In this document: piece after piece, positions 37,891 to 45,801 of the stretch
Layout: the number at the start of each line of letters is the position of its first letter
Numbering within the stretch: the stretch's first letter is position 1
DNA from: an uncultured Actinomycetes bacterium
GTDB taxonomy: Bacteria; Actinomycetota; Acidimicrobiia; IMCC26256; DASPTH01
Assembly (NCBI GenBank): GCA_963720765.1
Contig: CAVRGS010000013.1
Span: 470,467-534,466 of the forward strand
Length of the DNA stretch: 64,000 nucleotides
Reading direction: 5' to 3'
Notes under the pieces: generated by a model
Database searches by the model: none
What the model saw: the letters and a program-made list of their open reading frames with translations, nothing else
What the model was told of the DNA's origin: nothing
Made by a program: the position numbers and the translations under genes

Positions 37891-38699
37891 CCGCGATCAC
37901 GGCCGACGCCCCGACGACCGTGCGGGTCAACCGCGGCCACGCGGTCGGCGACGCGCTGACGATGGCGTGGCGCAACCTCCTCAACCTCGTGCGGAACCCG
38001 CAGCTGCTGGTGTTCGCCACCATCCAGCCGGTCATCTTCGTGCTGATGTTCCGCTACGTGTTCGGCGGCGCGATCCAGGGCAGCCTGCCGCCCGGCCAGA
38101 CCTACGTGAACTTCCTGATGCCGGGCATCTTCGTGCAGACGATCGTGTTCGGTTCGCTCACGACAGGTGTCGGCCTGGCCGACGACCTGAGCAAGGGTCT
38201 CATCGACCGGTTCCGGTCGTTGCCGATGGCGCGCTCCGCGGTGTTGGTGGGGCGCACGCTCGCCGACCTCGTGCGCAACTTCTTCGTGGTGATCCTGATG
38301 TGCGTCGTCGGGTTCATCGTCGGCTGGACCATCGGCACCGACGTATGGGGGCTGCTCGGCGCGATCGCGATCATCGTCGCGTTCTCGTACTCGCTGTCGT
38401 GGGTGTTCGCCATCGTCGGCCTCACCGTGAAGGATGCCGAGACCGCGCAGGCGGTGTCGTTCCCGATCCTGGCGCCACTGGTGTTCGCGTCGTCGGCGTT
38501 CGTGCCGGTCGCGACCATGCCGTCGTGGCTGCAGGGCTGGGCGAGGAACCAACCGGTCTCCGTCGTGGTCGACGCCGCCCGCGTCCTGACCATCGGCGGT
38601 CCCACCGCCGAATACGTGACCAAGGCGATCCTCTGGATCGTCGGCATCATCGCCGTCTGCGCTCCCATCGCCGTCGCCCGCTACCGCCGGGCCGTCTGA
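37887..38699 (+). CDS. ABC-2 type transporter permease (DrrB-like)
   Basis: The start overlaps the upstream stop (ATGA). Six hydrophobic segments. Intact 270 aa. Confidence 0.88.
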   Translation: MTAITADAPTTVRVNRGHAVGDALTMAWRNLLNLVRNPQLLVFATIQPVIFVLMFRYVFGGAIQGSLPPGQTYVNFLMPGIFVQTIVFGSLTTGVGLADDLSKGLIDRFRSLPMARSAVLVGRTLADLVRNFFVVILMCVVGFIVGWTIGTDVWGLLGAIAIIVAFSYSLSWVFAIVGLTVKDAETAQAVSFPILAPLVFASSAFVPVATMPSWLQGWARNQPVSVVVDAARVLTIGGPTAEYVTKAILWIVGIIAVCAPIAVARYRRAV

Positions 38700-38728
38700 T
38701 CGTCTGATCGTCTGATCGTCTGATCGTC
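38693..38728. repeat. 8-bp tandem repeat (CGTCTGAT) x4.5 containing the permease stop codon
   Basis: Units at 38693, 38701, 38709 and 38717, plus a partial unit at 38725-38728. TGA occurs at 38697, 38705, 38713 and 38721, covering all three forward frames. Confidence 0.9.
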
Positions 38729-38811
38729 GTGCGACGTTGCGTCGCCTGACGTCGCATCCCGGTGCCAACTGACGGGACCTGCCGGGGGAGCGGAGCGTTA
38801 CGCTCCCGCGC

Positions 38812-41250
38812 ATGAGAGACATCGCCGCGCTGGTTGCGTCCATGACCGTCGAGGAGAAGGCTGCCTTCACCGCGGGGGCCGACTTCTGGACGCTCGTGGC
38901 CAACGAACGGGTCGGCATCCCTCCCATCCGGGTGACCGACGGTCCCAACGGCGCGCGGGGGAGCGCTCTGTTCGGGCTCGGCGGCGAGACCGCGGTGTGC
39001 GCGCCGTGCGGATCCGCGCTCGGTGCCACCTGGGATCCGGAGCTCGTCGAGCGCGTGGGCGTGATGCTGGGCGAGGAGGCGCTCACCAAGGCGTGCCGCG
39101 TGCTGCTCGCGCCGACGGTCAACCTGCACCGGTCGCCGCTCGGCGGCCGCAATTTCGAGTGCTACTCGGAGGACCCGCTGCTCTCGGGCAAGACCGCCGC
39201 TGCGTTCGTGCGCGGCGTGCAGTCGCAGGGCGTCGTCACCACCGTGAAGCACTTCGCCGGCAACGACGCCGAGTTCGAGCGCCACAGCATCAACTCCGTG
39301 ATCGACGCCCGCACCCTGCGCGAGCTCACGCTGGTGCCGTTCGAGCTCGCGGTCAAGGAGGGCGGCGCGCTCGGGATCATGACCGCCTACAACCGGCTCA
39401 ACGGACCGCACTGCTCCGAGCACCACCAGCTCATCACCGAGATCCTGCGCGGCGAGTGGGGCTACGAGGGGTTCGTGCTCACGGACTGGCTGAGCGCGGG
39501 TTCGACGGTCGGGTCGTCGGCCGCGGGACTCGACCTCGAGATGCCGGGGCCGGGCGCGTTCTACGGGAAGCTGCTGGGTGACGCGGTCGCCGCGGGCGAG
39601 GTGCCCGAGGCCGAGCTCGATGCACACGTCACGCACCTGCTGGAGGTGTTCGACCGCGTCGGCGCGCTCGACGACGATCCCGCCTGGGCGAGCACGTCGA
39701 TCGATCGGCCCGAGCACCGGGCGCTCGCGCGTGAAGCGGCCGCCGCGGCGACGGTGCTGCTGCGCAACGAAACCCGTCCGGGCAACTCCGCGGTGTTGCC
39801 GTTCGAACGCTCGGGCATGCGCACACTCGCGGTGCTCGGCGCGAACGCGGAGCGTCCGCAGATGATGGGCGGTGGCTCCGCCAACCTCGCACCTCATTAC
39901 GAGATCAGCCTGCTCGACGCGCTGCGCACCAAGCTCGGCGACGGGGTCGAGGTGCAGTTCGCGCGCGGTGTCGACATCGACCGCACCACCGCGCCGCTGT
40001 ACGCACCCTTCGAGATCGAGTACTTCTCGGGATCGGATCTCGGCGGTGAGCCGCTCGCGTGCGGCCGCTACCGCAACGGCAAGGTGCTGGTCGTCGACCC
40101 GCTGCCCGACGGCGTCGAGAACGGGAACTTCTCGTTCCGTGCCCGGGCGACCTACGTCCCCGACGAGACGGGCACGTACACGTTCGCGCTGGTGCAGATG
40201 GGCGGCCGCGGGCGGATCCTGCTCGACGGCGAGGTGCTGCTCGACGGCGTCGCCGATCCGCCCGGGCCGGGCACCGAGTTCTTCGGCTTCGCCAGCGGCG
40301 AGGCGCTCGCGCCGGTCGAGCTCGACGCAGGCACAGCCGTCGAGGTGGTGGTCGAGTTCGCGGTCGCACCCGACGCGTTCTTCCTGCGGGGCATCAAGGC
40401 CGGCCTGCGGCGACCGACGCCGCCCGATCTCGTCGACCGCGCGGTCGACCTTGCGGCGGCAGCCGACGCGGTGATCGTGATGGTCGGCACCAACGACGAC
40501 TGGGAGAGCGAGGGCGAGGACCGGTCCACCATGGATCTGCCCGGCCGGCAGGACGAGCTCGTGGCGCGCGCGGTGGCGGCGAACCCGAACACCGTGGTCG
40601 TCGTGAACACCGGGTCGCCGGTCACCATGGACTGGGCCGACGACGCGCCGGCGGTCGTGCAGGCCTGGTTCGGCGGTCAGGAGATGGGCAACGCGGTGGC
40701 CGACGTGCTGTTCGGTGACGCCGAGCCCGGTGGACGGCTCCCCACGACGTTCCCGGAGCGGCTGGAGCACAACCCGTCCTTCGGCAACTTCCCCGGCGAG
40801 TTCGGTGAGCTGCGCTACGGCGAGGGCGTGCTCCTGGGCTACCGCTGGTACGAGGCACGCCAACTGCCGACGCGGTTCCCCTTCGGGCACGGACTCTCGT
40901 ACTCGAGCTTCGCGATCGGCGCGCCGACGATGAGCAGCGCCGCGGACACGGTCACCGTGCAGGTCCCGGTCACCAACGTCGGCGATCGCCGCGGGGCCGA
41001 AGTGGTGCAGTGCTACGTCGCGCCGCCGCCGACGCCGACGCTCACCCGGCCCCCGCAGGAGTTGAAGGCGTTCGCCAAGGTGTGGCTCGACCCCGGCGAG
41101 TCGACCGCCGCCGAGCTCACGCTCGACGCGCGCTCGTTCGCGTACTGGCATCCGGTCGACGACGATTGGCGGGTCGACCACGGCACCTACGAGTTGCACG
41201 TCGGCCGGTCGTCGGCCGACATCGCACACGTGGTCTCAGTAGAGCGGTGA
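38812..41250 (+). CDS. Glycoside hydrolase family 3 beta-glucosidase with a PA14-like insertion
   Basis: Intact 812 aa with GH3 motifs VTDGPNGARG, KHFAGND and GFVLTDW. The central segment (GRYRNGKVLVVDP...TGTYTFALVQMGGRGRILLDGEVLLDG) looks like a PA14 insertion. A C-terminal FnIII-like domain is present. Confidence 0.92.
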   Translation: MRDIAALVASMTVEEKAAFTAGADFWTLVANERVGIPPIRVTDGPNGARGSALFGLGGETAVCAPCGSALGATWDPELVERVGVMLGEEALTKACRVLLAPTVNLHRSPLGGRNFECYSEDPLLSGKTAAAFVRGVQSQGVVTTVKHFAGNDAEFERHSINSVIDARTLRELTLVPFELAVKEGGALGIMTAYNRLNGPHCSEHHQLITEILRGEWGYEGFVLTDWLSAGSTVGSSAAGLDLEMPGPGAFYGKLLGDAVAAGEVPEAELDAHVTHLLEVFDRVGALDDDPAWASTSIDRPEHRALAREAAAAATVLLRNETRPGNSAVLPFERSGMRTLAVLGANAERPQMMGGGSANLAPHYEISLLDALRTKLGDGVEVQFARGVDIDRTTAPLYAPFEIEYFSGSDLGGEPLACGRYRNGKVLVVDPLPDGVENGNFSFRARATYVPDETGTYTFALVQMGGRGRILLDGEVLLDGVADPPGPGTEFFGFASGEALAPVELDAGTAVEVVVEFAVAPDAFFLRGIKAGLRRPTPPDLVDRAVDLAAAADAVIVMVGTNDDWESEGEDRSTMDLPGRQDELVARAVAANPNTVVVVNTGSPVTMDWADDAPAVVQAWFGGQEMGNAVADVLFGDAEPGGRLPTTFPERLEHNPSFGNFPGEFGELRYGEGVLLGYRWYEARQLPTRFPFGHGLSYSSFAIGAPTMSSAADTVTVQVPVTNVGDRRGAEVVQCYVAPPPTPTLTRPPQELKAFAKVWLDPGESTAAELTLDARSFAYWHPVDDDWRVDHGTYELHVGRSSADIAHVVSVER

Positions 41251-41946
41251 CCAGGCTGCCGTCCTGAGCAGCCGGCTGCGCCACTGGTCGCGGAACGCGA
41301 GCGCGTCGTACATGTAGGTGCCCGGCGCACGTCGCTCGATCGGCAGATCGGTGGCGATGAGATGCGTCACCGTGGCGGGATCGGGAATCCACTGCCACAG
41401 CATCGCCTCGCGCCGCAGCGCGGATCCGTGCGCGTTCTGGAAGCACGCCTGGATGTCGATCGGGATGGCACGCATGTCGTCGGCATACGCCAACAGCGGT
41501 TGGCGGTAGATGTCGTCCCACGCCTGGATGTACTCGTCGAGTGACGACGTGGGCCAGCCGGTGTCCTCCATGAACAGGTGCAGCTCGTGCTCGCGCCCGT
41601 CGGTCGGCACCTCGTCGAAGTCGACCTCCTGGATGGGTGACCAGTGGACCGGGAGCATGATCTTGGCTGTCACGTCGTGGCGACACCGGTCGACCGACTG
41701 CATCCACTCGCGCAGGTCGCCGGCGCGGATGCGCTCGTCGAGTCGCTCCCACGCGGCGCCGTCGCGGACACCGGTGATCGTCACGACGTTGTAGGCGGGT
41801 CCGCTGCCGTGCGCGTGGTGCATGTACCAGAGCAGGCGGGCGTCGTCGCCCTCGGCGAGCATGGGCATCCAGCCGGTGCGGTAGAGCGTCTCGAACTCGT
41901 CTTCTTCGAGGCCGACGACCTCGTGCGTCTCGTGGACGAACAGCAT
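41236..41946 (-). CDS. Uncharacterised two-domain protein (NIPSNAP/EthD-like alpha+beta barrel suspected), paralogue B
   Basis: ATG 41946 (MLFVHETHEVVGLEEDEFETLYRTGWMPMLAEGDDARLLWYMHHAHGSGP...). 236 aa, collinear with the upstream paralogue. The start overlaps its stop by 1 nt. Confidence 0.62.
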   Translation of the reverse strand: MLFVHETHEVVGLEEDEFETLYRTGWMPMLAEGDDARLLWYMHHAHGSGPAYNVVTITGVRDGAAWERLDERIRAGDLREWMQSVDRCRHDVTAKIMLPVHWSPIQEVDFDEVPTDGREHELHLFMEDTGWPTSSLDEYIQAWDDIYRQPLLAYADDMRAIPIDIQACFQNAHGSALRREAMLWQWIPDPATVTHLIATDLPIERRAPGTYMYDALAFRDQWRSRLLRTAAWSPLY

Positions 41947-42677
41947 CACGCCACCTCCAGCGGAGCCGGCGACCACCGCGCGGTGCGCAACAGCAGGCTC
42001 TCCCACTTGTCGCGCAACGCCAGCGCATCGTGCATCCATGTGCCCGGCACGCGCATCTCCCGTGGGATGTCGGTCATCAGCAACCCCTGCAGGCGCTCGA
42101 TGTCGAGGATGCGTTGCATGAGCACGACCTCCCTGCGCACATGCGAACCGAACGCCGGCTGGAACCCGGCCTCGATCTCGAGGAAGCGCGGCGCGCCGCT
42201 GTCGCGGTGCTCGAGCGACTTCGAGTACACGCTCCCCGACGCCTCGATGTAGTCCGCGAGCTTGTCCTCGTAGGGCCACATCGTGTCCTGCATGTACACC
42301 ACGGGGTCGCGGTCGACACCGCCGCCGGGCACGGAGGCGAGGTCGAGATCGGCCATCGGCGACCACGGCAAGGGCACCAGCACCTTGGCGTGCGCGTCGT
42401 GCCGGGTCGTGTCGAGGGCCCGCATCCATTCCTGCAGGTCACCGCGCTGGATGCGCGTGGCCAGACGTTCGTAGGCGGCCCCGTCGCGCACCGCGGTCAC
42501 GGTGACCACTCGGTATGACCACGTGCTGCCGTGCGCGAGGTTGCAGTACCAGAGCAGACGGGCGTCTTCGTCCTCGGCCAGGGTCGGCATCCAGTGGTCG
42601 CGGAACGCGGCCTCGAAGTCCTCCTCGTGGTATCCGGCGACGAGATGTGTCTCGTGGAGGAACAGCACGCCGGGCAT
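41946..42677 (-). CDS. Uncharacterised two-domain protein (NIPSNAP/EthD-like alpha+beta barrel suspected), paralogue A
   Basis: ATG 42677 (MPGVLFLHETHLVAGYHEEDFEAAFRDHWMPTLAEDEDARLLWYCNLAHGSTW...) is preceded by GGAGGGG. 243 aa. Confidence 0.62.
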   Translation of the reverse strand: MPGVLFLHETHLVAGYHEEDFEAAFRDHWMPTLAEDEDARLLWYCNLAHGSTWSYRVVTVTAVRDGAAYERLATRIQRGDLQEWMRALDTTRHDAHAKVLVPLPWSPMADLDLASVPGGGVDRDPVVYMQDTMWPYEDKLADYIEASGSVYSKSLEHRDSGAPRFLEIEAGFQPAFGSHVRREVVLMQRILDIERLQGLLMTDIPREMRVPGTWMHDALALRDKWESLLLRTARWSPAPLEVA

Positions 42678-42720
42678 CCTCACCCCTCCACGTACATGCG
42701 TCAAAAGACGGAGCGAGCCG

Positions 42721-42768
42721 AGGAGGAAGGAGGAAAGCGAGGGAGGAAAGCGAGGGAGGAGAGGAGGC
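42721..42768. repeat. Purine-rich tandem repeat (GGAGGAAAGCGAG x2 plus a degenerate third copy), giving five CCUCC motifs on the minus-strand transcript
   Basis: Units at 42729-42741 and 42742-42754, plus GGAGGAGAGGAGG at 42755-42767. Lies in the 101-nt spacer between the GGT stop (42779) and the paralogue A start (42677). Confidence 0.85.
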
Positions 42769-42778
42769 GCGTTGCCCG

Positions 42779-44254
42779 TCAGACCCCGAAGGCGGCGCCG
42801 TCGTGGCGGGCGTCGCTCCCGCCCTCGAGCCAGCCGTCGGGATGGACCCGGACGACCTGCCCGGCGCCGAACCAGCGTTCGTCGATGTCGACGACCTGCC
42901 ATCCGTCGTCGGTGGCGGCCTGGCGCACCGCGACGTCGTCGGCGAAGCCGGGCTCGATGCCGAGGACGTCGCCGAGCGGCCAGAACGTGCGGGGCCGATC
43001 GAGCGCGGCCTGCGGGTCGAGGCCGTGGTCGAGCAGGTGACGGAGCACCTGCACGTGGCCCTGTGGTTGCATCGGACCACCGACCAGGCCGTAGACGACC
43101 TCGACGCGCCCGTCGTGGCGGACCATGCCCGGGATGATGGTGTGGAAGGGGCGCTTGCCGCCGGCGACGACGTTGGGATGCGACGGATCGAGCGAGAACC
43201 CCGAACCCCGGTTCTGCAGCGCCGCGCCACCGGCGTGGAAGCCGGAGCCGAAGCCGACGAACACCGAGGTGATGAGGCTCACCGCCATGCCGTCGGCGAC
43301 GACCGCGGTGTACACGGTGTCGCGCCCGAAGGTCGTCCGGAAGTCGGTCTCCCAGAACCGCGGCACGTCGGTGGCGCGCGGATCGGCGACGTGCGCGTGC
43401 GCGAGCTCCATGCCCTCACGGATGGCTCGCGCGACGCGGACGACATCGGCGGGATCGTCAGGATCGGCCGCGGGCGCGGCGGCCAGACGCGCCAACGCGG
43501 CGAGGACCGCCGCGCCCTGGCCGTTGGGCGGGAGCTGCACCACCTCCCGGTCGCGGTAGTCACCGGCGATGGGGGTGACCCACTCGCCACGATGGGCGGC
43601 GAGGTCGGCGAGCGTGAGGCAGCCGCCGGCGTCCTGCACCCGGTCGACCGCGGCGCGGGCCCACGGTCCGGTCATGTGTGCTTCGCGCCCGCCGCGACCG
43701 ATCGCACGCAGTGATTCGGCGAGCGCCACGTTGGTGATGCGCTGCCCCGGCCTCGGGCGCTCCGGCAGCCCGTGCCCCGGCTGCAGGTGCTCCGCCATGC
43801 TCGACCAGTCCCGCGCCGAGATCCTCCCGATGGGGAAGCCGTGTTCGGCGAGCTCCACTGCCGGTTGCAGCGTGGTTGCGCGATCGAGCCGTCCGTAGCG
43901 CGCTCCGAGCTGCTCCCACGCGTCGACGACACCCGGCACCGTCACGACCAGCGGGCTGCGCTCGTGCCAGACGCCGGGGACGAGGCACTGCTCCAGGGTG
44001 AGCGCCGCCGGCGCTGCCCCCGAGCCGTTGAACCCGACCACTGGTTCGCCGGGCGCAGCGACCAGCGCGAAGGCGTCGCCGCCGATGCCAGTCGACTGCG
44101 GCTGCACGACGCCGAGCACCGCGTCGGCGGCCAACGCGGCGTCGACCGCAGTGCCGCCCTCGCCCAGCGCCCAGAGCGCAGCCTCCACCGCGAGTCGGTT
44201 CGACGTCGCCACCATCGCTGCACGCGCCCACGCGGGCGATCGGGTGGACGCCAC
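42779..44254 (-). CDS. Gamma-glutamyltransferase family protein
   Basis: Start taken at GTG 44254, 4 nt after the upstream stop. Motifs MVATSNRLAVEAALWAL, QSTGIGGDAFA, an autoprocessing-type segment GRDTVYTAVVADG and KRPFHTIIPGMV. Confidence 0.85.
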   Translation of the reverse strand: MASTRSPAWARAAMVATSNRLAVEAALWALGEGGTAVDAALAADAVLGVVQPQSTGIGGDAFALVAAPGEPVVGFNGSGAAPAALTLEQCLVPGVWHERSPLVVTVPGVVDAWEQLGARYGRLDRATTLQPAVELAEHGFPIGRISARDWSSMAEHLQPGHGLPERPRPGQRITNVALAESLRAIGRGGREAHMTGPWARAAVDRVQDAGGCLTLADLAAHRGEWVTPIAGDYRDREVVQLPPNGQGAAVLAALARLAAAPAADPDDPADVVRVARAIREGMELAHAHVADPRATDVPRFWETDFRTTFGRDTVYTAVVADGMAVSLITSVFVGFGSGFHAGGAALQNRGSGFSLDPSHPNVVAGGKRPFHTIIPGMVRHDGRVEVVYGLVGGPMQPQGHVQVLRHLLDHGLDPQAALDRPRTFWPLGDVLGIEPGFADDVAVRQAATDDGWQVVDIDERWFGAGQVVRVHPDGWLEGGSDARHDGAAFGV

Positions 44255-44258
44255 GTCG

Positions 44259-44564
44259 TCACCGCGTCCAGCGGTGGCGGTGCTGCACCTCGCAGACGGC
44301 AACGTCGTAGTGCGTGTAGAAGCGCTCTCGCGCTTCCTGCTGCGCGGCGCGGTGTTGTGGGTCGTCACGCCAGGCGGCCTCGTGCTCGGCGGAGTCGAAG
44401 GTCACCACGGTGACCCGTTCCCCGTCGTCGGCCACGAACTGCTTGAACTCGACGAAGCCGGCGAATTCCTGCGCTCGCTCGTGCAGCTCCGTCGCGAGGT
44501 CGAAGTAGCGGTCGGGGACGTCGTCGCGCAGGCGCGATCGGAACACGGTGAGGCTCTCGCCCAT
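44259..44564 (-). CDS. Antibiotic biosynthesis monooxygenase (ABM) family protein
   Basis: Intact 101 aa. FRSRLRDDVPDRYFDLATELHERAQEFAGFVEFKQFVADDGERVTVVTFDSAEHEAAWRDDPQHRAAQ is a typical ABM pattern. Confidence 0.78.
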   Translation of the reverse strand: MGESLTVFRSRLRDDVPDRYFDLATELHERAQEFAGFVEFKQFVADDGERVTVVTFDSAEHEAAWRDDPQHRAAQQEARERFYTHYDVAVCEVQHRHRWTR

Positions 44565-44565
44565 G

Positions 44566-45801
44566 TCAGCTCCCCAGGATCTCGCCGTGGAGGATCTGGT
44601 CGGTGTGCTCTCCGACGAGCGGAGCTCGCCGTGAGATCCTCCATGGTGACGCGTTCATGAGGAAGGGTGCTCCCGGATATCGCACGGTGCGGTCGAGCTG
44701 CTCGTGCTGGACCTCCACCTGGAACCCGCGTGCCTTGATGTGCTCGGTCTCGAACGCCTCCTCCGGCGACGCCACCACCCCGCACGCGAGGCCGCGGGTC
44801 TGCCCGCCGACGAAGAACTCCTCCGCCGGGATGCGCTCGGCGATGAAGTTGAGCGCCTCGCGGCCGGCACCGAAGATGTCGCGGGCGAGGTCGTCGGTGG
44901 CCATCTCGGCGATCGACACGCCACCCCGCTCGATCGCGAGGTCGAGCAGCATCGTCTCGGGGAACTCGTCGCGGTACCCCAGCGTCTCGATCCACTCGAG
45001 CAACGACTCGAAGTCGCGCTGGGAGCGCGGCGGGAAGCCGGTGGTGACGTAGCGGCCGTCGGCGCAGCGCATCTGCGTGGGCATGCTGATCGTCGGCATC
45101 GCGTGGCGCCCGGTCTGGCGCAGCACGGTCTCGTGCGCGGCGAGGTAGCCGTAGGTGCCCATCTCGGTGGTGACGTTGCAGGCCGCGTGCATGCTCACGT
45201 CGACGTGCTGTCCGCGACCGGTGACGTCGCGCGCCAGTACCGCAGTGAGTGCACCCATGACTGCCCACGTGCTGGCGATGTGGAACGCCTGGTTGCCACC
45301 GCCGCGGACCGGAGGCAGCGAGTGATCGTCGTACCCGCAGCTCCACGCCGGGCCGCCGCCCGCGAGCAAGGTGAGATCGGTGGCGGGCTCGTGCGCGCGC
45401 GTGCCCTCGCGTCCGAACGCAGTGACCGACACCCAGATCAGCCGTTCGTCGGTGTCGCGCAGCCCGGGATGGTCGATGCCGAGCGCATCGAGCGCGCCCG
45501 GCATCTCACCCTCGAGGACGATGTCGGCGTCGGCCACCAACCGCCGGAACTGCTCCGCGCCTGGCTCAGAGGTGAGGTCGAGCACCACGCCGCGCTTCGA
45601 CGTGTTGTAGTTCCACCACCACAGGCTGCGTTCGGGATCCTCGATGTCGTCGGCGAACGGTCCGTATCCGCGACTGTCGTGACCACCCGGCGGCTCGACC
45701 ACGATCACGTCGGCCCCGAGGTCGCCCAGCATCTTGCCCGCGAGGGCGGCGTGCTCCGATGCCAGCTCGATCACCCGCAGGCCGTCCAACGCGCCGGTCA
45801 C
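44566..45801 (-). CDS. Family III CoA-transferase (CaiB/BaiF family)
   Basis: GTG 45801 overlaps the upstream stop (GTGA). VTGALDGLRVIELASEHAALAGKMLGDLGADVIVVEPPGG.... Intact 411 aa. Confidence 0.88.
   Translation of the reverse strand: MTGALDGLRVIELASEHAALAGKMLGDLGADVIVVEPPGGHDSRGYGPFADDIEDPERSLWWWNYNTSKRGVVLDLTSEPGAEQFRRLVADADIVLEGEMPGALDALGIDHPGLRDTDERLIWVSVTAFGREGTRAHEPATDLTLLAGGGPAWSCGYDDHSLPPVRGGGNQAFHIASTWAVMGALTAVLARDVTGRGQHVDVSMHAACNVTTEMGTYGYLAAHETVLRQTGRHAMPTISMPTQMRCADGRYVTTGFPPRSQRDFESLLEWIETLGYRDEFPETMLLDLAIERGGVSIAEMATDDLARDIFGAGREALNFIAERIPAEEFFVGGQTRGLACGVVASPEEAFETEHIKARGFQVEVQHEQLDRTVRYPGAPFLMNASPWRISRRAPLVGEHTDQILHGEILGS

Noticed and set aside
38693-38728. The regular short repeat considered as a possible CRISPR array.
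   Set aside because: The unit is only 8 bp with no spacers, there are only 4.5 copies, and no cas genes are present. It is a microsatellite.
41236-41250. A 15-nt convergent overlap of the GH3 stop region with the stop region of paralogue B.
   Set aside because: Short convergent overlaps occur in compact high-GC genomes. Nothing else marks the site.
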